A DNA stretch of 64,000 nucleotides from Macrostomum lignano. Taxonomy: Eukaryota. The stretch is from contig NIVC01001158.1 of NCBI GenBank assembly GCA_002269645.1, forward strand, positions 28,814-92,813. Direction: 5' to 3'. The position numbers and the translations under genes are program-made. The notes beneath the pieces were generated by a model. It had not been told where the DNA came from, did not search any database, and worked only from the letters and a program-made list of their open reading frames with translations. Positions 59,299-64,000 of the stretch are shown here, one piece after another. Each line of letters begins with the position of its first letter. Position 1 is the first letter of the stretch.

Positions 59299-60964
59299 AT
59301 GGAAGACGATCAGCCATGCGAGGAGGAGCTGAAGCTCGTCGCCGAGATTAAAGAGATGAAGGCTCGAATTCGCACCGCTCGCAAGGAGGCCGCCGATGCC
59401 GATTACGTGACGGAGACTGAGAACTTGCCGCCGCTGGGTCGGCTTAAGTTCAAAGTGCGCAAAGAACTTCACGGCCATTTGGCTAAGCTGACCGACCTTC
59501 ACTGGGGCAAGAACTCCGACACCTTGGTCACTGCTGGCCAGGATGGTAAACTGTTTGTCTGGGACGTTTACAAGTGCATGAAGCAGAACGCTGTGTTCCT
59601 GAACACCGCCTGGGTCATGGCGGTCAGCTTCAGTCCGGACAACACCCGGGTAGCCAGCGGCGGCCTCGACAACATCCTGTCAATCCACAACCTGGAGGAG
59701 CCCGAAGGTGGCACGCCGATTGAGCTGTCTGGCCACGATGGCTACATCGCGTCTATTCGATTCACGGACGCCTCACACTGCGTCACGTCATCCGGTGACA
59801 AGTCCTGCGCGTTGTGGGACCTGCAGGTGACTATTCGCTAAATAACCAGTTCCAGTAGTACTTTAAAGAGCCATAAAAGCTGGGTATTACATATATATAG
59901 CATTGCATTAAAATACTTGAAAGTCGCCAATTTGCTAGCAAATTCTCATCACTTTGATGCCTCTTGTTCATTTGACTGGGAAACTTTCTTTTGACTACTG
60001 TATAATCTAACTATGATTAACTCGCCTGCATGGCAGGCTTCGAATCTGAACCCAATTGTTGGCTATGCGCTGAGCCAAATTAGGCTGGCTTCCAAATTGA
60101 TTTGATTTTCTACAGAGTAGAGAGATCTTCTGTATTTTTGATCGATAGAAACTTAATTTTGGACTGAAGTTGAGTTGAGAATTTAAAATCAGTAAGACTC
60201 TCTATCGAGAGGGGCTTTCATCCAAAATCTGACCTTATAGTTAGTGACTCGCCGTTTAGCTTGTGACTTATCTGCGTTTGAAAACTGATTGTCAGAGGCT
60301 ACAAATTCTGGTTACATTGCCGCATAGATGGCGCCACTGTACATGAACGGCTACTGTAACTAACAGACAAATATTTGCTCCGCCGTTATCTGCAAAGCAT
60401 CTGCTGCAGTATTTTTGCAAAGCACTTGGCCACTCATCCTCATTAACAGGCGGGAAAGATTGTTCACCAATTCCTTGGCCACGAGAACGACGTGAACGCG
60501 CTGGCTTTAGCCAGCCACTCGCAGCATTTTGCCAGCGCCTCGAGCGACAAGACAGCCAAACTGTGGGACCTACGGGAGCAGCACTGCCGCGCCACCTACT
60601 GGGGCCACGAGCTCGACGTCAATGGCGTTGATTATTTCCCCCAGTGCGACTACGCGTTCGCCACTTCGTCGGACGATGGCAGCTGCCGCATGTGGGACAT
60701 TCGAGCCGATCAGATGCTAGCCAACCTTGCGACGACTTCATCCAGTGCGGCAGCACGTGCGTCGCTGTCTCGCGCAGCGGTCGCCTAGTGATGGCTGGCT
60801 ACGACGACTACAACTGTCACGTGTGGGACCTGCTGCTGGAGGAGCGAATCGGCATCATGCTCGGCCACGACAACCGCATCTCCTGCATCGGCGTCAGTCC
60901 CAATGGGATCGCGGTTGCCACAGGCGCCTGGGACAACAACAGCTTTATCTGGACGGCCAAGTAG
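59299..60964 (+). CDS. Divergent heterotrimeric G-protein beta subunit (WD40), 2 coding exons, apparent 1-bp frameshift at ~60725
   Basis: Exon 59299-59826 ([16 protein letters not shown]...VASGGLDN...[14 protein letters not shown]...[13 protein letters not shown]) and exon 60450-60964 (FLGHENDVN...WGHELDVN...[18 protein letters not shown] / [20 protein letters not shown]...[24 protein letters not shown]). Confidence 0.9.
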
Positions 60965-62223
60965 TTCTCTGACCATTGCGCGTTTGGCCTACTTCATTTT
61001 AATTTCCGTGTTTCACTTTCTTAATCATATTTTGGTGTGGGGCAGCCTACTACGAGCTATTTGTATTAAAGCAGTTCACCCGACCCCGCTAAGCTTGTCA
61101 ATCAAAAGCTCAGAAGCTCGGACCATAAGCTCGAATCGTTGTAACTCCGATCTCGGCGTATACTTTAAGCCGAAAACAGAAACCTGATGCATGCGGTTTA
61201 GGCGTACGAGTACTAATAAGTCACCAACCAGAATCCTTCAATTTCAAAAAAGTGTAATATGCTGGCTAAAAGCAGTCATACACAACTCATCTCTTTCCAT
61301 TTCACTGTGTCTTGTTGCTCATAAATCTTCTCAACCGATTGTTAAATCCATGTAATTTCCTAATGCAAATTATTGCACGTTTTTTCTATAAGAATATTGA
61401 GGTTCTTGAATGTTTCGATGTTGTTTTGTTATTTTCGTACATGTACGCCAGTAAAAATGTTCTGTGTAGTCAAATGACTCGCTAAACGACACTTTTATCG
61501 AAGTATAGCGTCCATCATTGCAGTTTTAGTCCCCCAAAAAACTATGAATTTTCCCTAACTGTTTACCATTCCGTCTCTAGAACAATTTTCAATACGAAAC
61601 GTTTTTTTTTTCTCGTGGATCGAGTACCTTTATCTTCGGATTGGAGTGTATCGACCTTGAACTCGTAATAGCTATAGTATTTATTTACTGTCATGAAGTT
61701 TTTTCTGACTTTGTTGCGTCTCGACATTCGATATTTTTATGCTCGTTCGCGGAAGTCAGTTGGCTAATATATTTGTTTTTTCTGCTTTAACGGCCTAACA
61801 CTCCAGTGTGCATATTTCTACTGTAATATCGATGTTTGCTCGAGTTATCGCACAAGAATTATCGTTCTGCACAAGCAGTTTATGAACAGTCAGTTAGCTA
61901 TAGTTGAATTCCGGGGTATGGGAGATGTGAAGTTTGATGATTTATAGGCATCCATGATAGTTCCATCGCGTACCATCGTCCCTATCGTACACACTGGACC
62001 AAGCCAAAGAGCGCTATAAGAGTAGCAAAACTGCAGTCGCCTTCGCTATTTACACAACCATTTTTTTAACTGCCGACTCCTGTGAAATTGATCGAACAGG
62101 GTAACACTTTTTAAGCCATTTGCACTGCTTTTTTAGAACTCATTATTTCAGCCATGATATCGTTAACAGATTAAATATACATGGGAATGAGAACAAGCTC
62201 ATTGTTGTCGGAGACAAGCTTTC

Positions 62224-62304
62224 GACTACTTACTTACTTACTTACTTACTTACTTATACTTACTTACTTACTTAACTTACTTACTTACTTACTTACTTAC
62301 TTAC

Positions 62305-62367
<63 letters not shown>

Positions 62368-62420
62368 CTTACTTACTTACTTACTTACTTACTACTTACT
62401 TACTTACTTACTTACTTACC
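62224..62420. repeat. (ACTT)n microsatellite
   Basis: Direct reading. Confidence 0.95.
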
Positions 62421-63137
62421 TGGCTAAAAAAGTAAGTATTTTTGTTCTCACATGCTAGCAATGAACAATTTAACACTTTGCACACAAAAATGACCCAAAG
62501 AAAAATATTAACTATCTTTGAAAGCGCTCTACAAGACGGATCGCATCAACTATACCTAAAACGAGCCCTTCCAGTCTTCAGTCTTCATCGCGCCCCCTGC
62601 TGCTGCCATCGCTCTCGAGTTTCTACCTTTTCCGCTACAGTAGGCAGCTGTCTATATTATACATTTCGTACCCAGTCAATCAACCGTAAGTGACATTCGC
62701 AAGCTGGGTATGCTGTGCGGAATTAATGCTTAAAAAACCCAATAACAGAAAAATGCTATGGAAACTTAGATAAGCATCACCTGGCCACATTCCTACTGCA
62801 ACCTACTGCCGCGCCTATACACATGAATCCGCATATCCGACCAAAGAACATTGTTACAGGATCAATCAGAACCTCTTATAGCAGAAATGTAAGCCTATTA
62901 ATGGACAAGCAAATATTCGTTAAAAACCGATCTAACAGGAGGGACAGGTCATTAACTAACCTTTTCGGATGGTCCTGCTTGTAACACCAATGTTATCCTT
63001 TCATTAGCAGAGCGCAGCCGCGGTTCTGAAACTAACATTCGAACAGTATAAAAAGGATTTATAAATTTTCTGCTCCCGGGGCAGATTTCCGATTTAATGT
63101 TGTTTGCTAAATCCTACAACTATATTGGCTGACAGCC

Positions 63138-63371
63138 ATGACAAAGAAGCGACCGCAGAACGCGACTCGGGAGCGAGACCGACTTCGAACTCTGCAGCTG
63201 GCTTTCAAAGCGTTGCAGGCCGCACTTCCCAGCGTTCCGGGCGGTACGAAACTGTCTAAGCTGGACATCCTGCTGCTGGCCCGGACCTACATCTGCCACC
63301 TGTTGTACGTGCTCGGTCGCATCGGGGGGAGCAGTACATGCGGAGCCAGCTATGCCACAGTAGCAAGGTGA
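63138..63371 (+). CDS. bHLH transcription factor, TCF23/TCF24 (MyoRb)-like
   Basis: [48 protein letters not shown] closely matches the TCF23/24 bHLH pattern; gene ends may be spliced. Confidence 0.85.
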   Translation: MTKKRPQNATRERDRLRTLQLAFKALQAALPSVPGGTKLSKLDILLLARTYICHLLYVLGRIGGSSTCGASYATVAR

Positions 63372-64000
63372 GAAATGAGAGCGAACTATATACCGTTTTG
63401 CGATCTAGCTTGCCTAAGGATAATGTTTATTAATAATCAATGCAGGAGTGGATGAGCTGAAGTAACAGTGAGCAATGAACACAGCATATGTACGCACAGA
63501 GCCCACATTAGCGACTGAAGTGAAGAGAGAGGTCAGATGGTTGTCATTCAGTCAAAGATGTCAACCAGCTCTAGACACCTCTGGATGTACGCTTGAGTAT
63601 AGTTCACCTACTAAATGCACTTCTGCTGGGTGATGTCATTCATCGAGCTAGGCCCCTACCGAATAGTCCGATGAGATTCAAAATTCGAATCAAGGTCCAC
63701 ACTGGGCCATTCTTGCTCCTTCTATGTCATGTCTGTCTAAGTCTGCTAAGTCTGTCTTTAGTGCTTGAGTGCTTGGTTTGCTATCTATGAGCAAACTAGG
63801 TCCCAGTTTTGGCAAAAATTGAATGCACTTTTCGGAGATTAGTCGTAGGTAGTAAAGAAGTGAAGAAGATAGTAGGAGCAGCCGACGGAAATAACGACAT
63901 CAAACGTCGAAAACTTTACCTGTCTCTTTAGGTATAGTACTACCTGAGGCAGGTAGCCTATAGTACAACCTACCTGAACTTGCTTCTGTATACTTTCTCA

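Overview
Eukaryotic (animal) genomic DNA. The host is probably a flatworm such as Macrostomum, inferred from the minisatellite-filled introns and a flatworm-style neuropeptide precursor. Bases 1-18.6 kb hold two nested Polinton/Maverick (adintovirus-like) elements. The outer element is AT-rich and decayed (TIR 1-83 / 18423-18506+). It carries remnants of a RING gene, pX-like core proteins, the pPolB N-terminus, the major capsid protein, an HNH endonuclease, PLA2 and a retroviral-type integrase. Its PLA2 gene is interrupted by a 301-nt group IC1 self-splicing intron (16423-16723) with a covarying P7, lying just downstream of the free-standing HNH gene; this is the most striking observation. The inner element is GC-rich (1567-12096; 6-bp TSD ATCGTC; ACTACT...AGTAGT ends). 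It encodes a protein-primed DNA polymerase split by five spliceosomal introns, a tandem PC4-like protein and an orphan ORF. It has a copy-back structure with 2.6-kb inverted arms, and its polymerase is truncated just before motif C. After an N gap (18634-19331) come host genes: a titin/kettin-like Ig protein (-), a neuropeptide precursor (+), an RNF13/167-like PA-TM-RING ligase (+), a divergent G-beta (+) and a TCF23/24-like bHLH (+). This part also contains a 6.4-kb hAT/P-like DNA transposon with a nested MITE and many tandem arrays. All alignments and translations were done by eye; no database searches were run.
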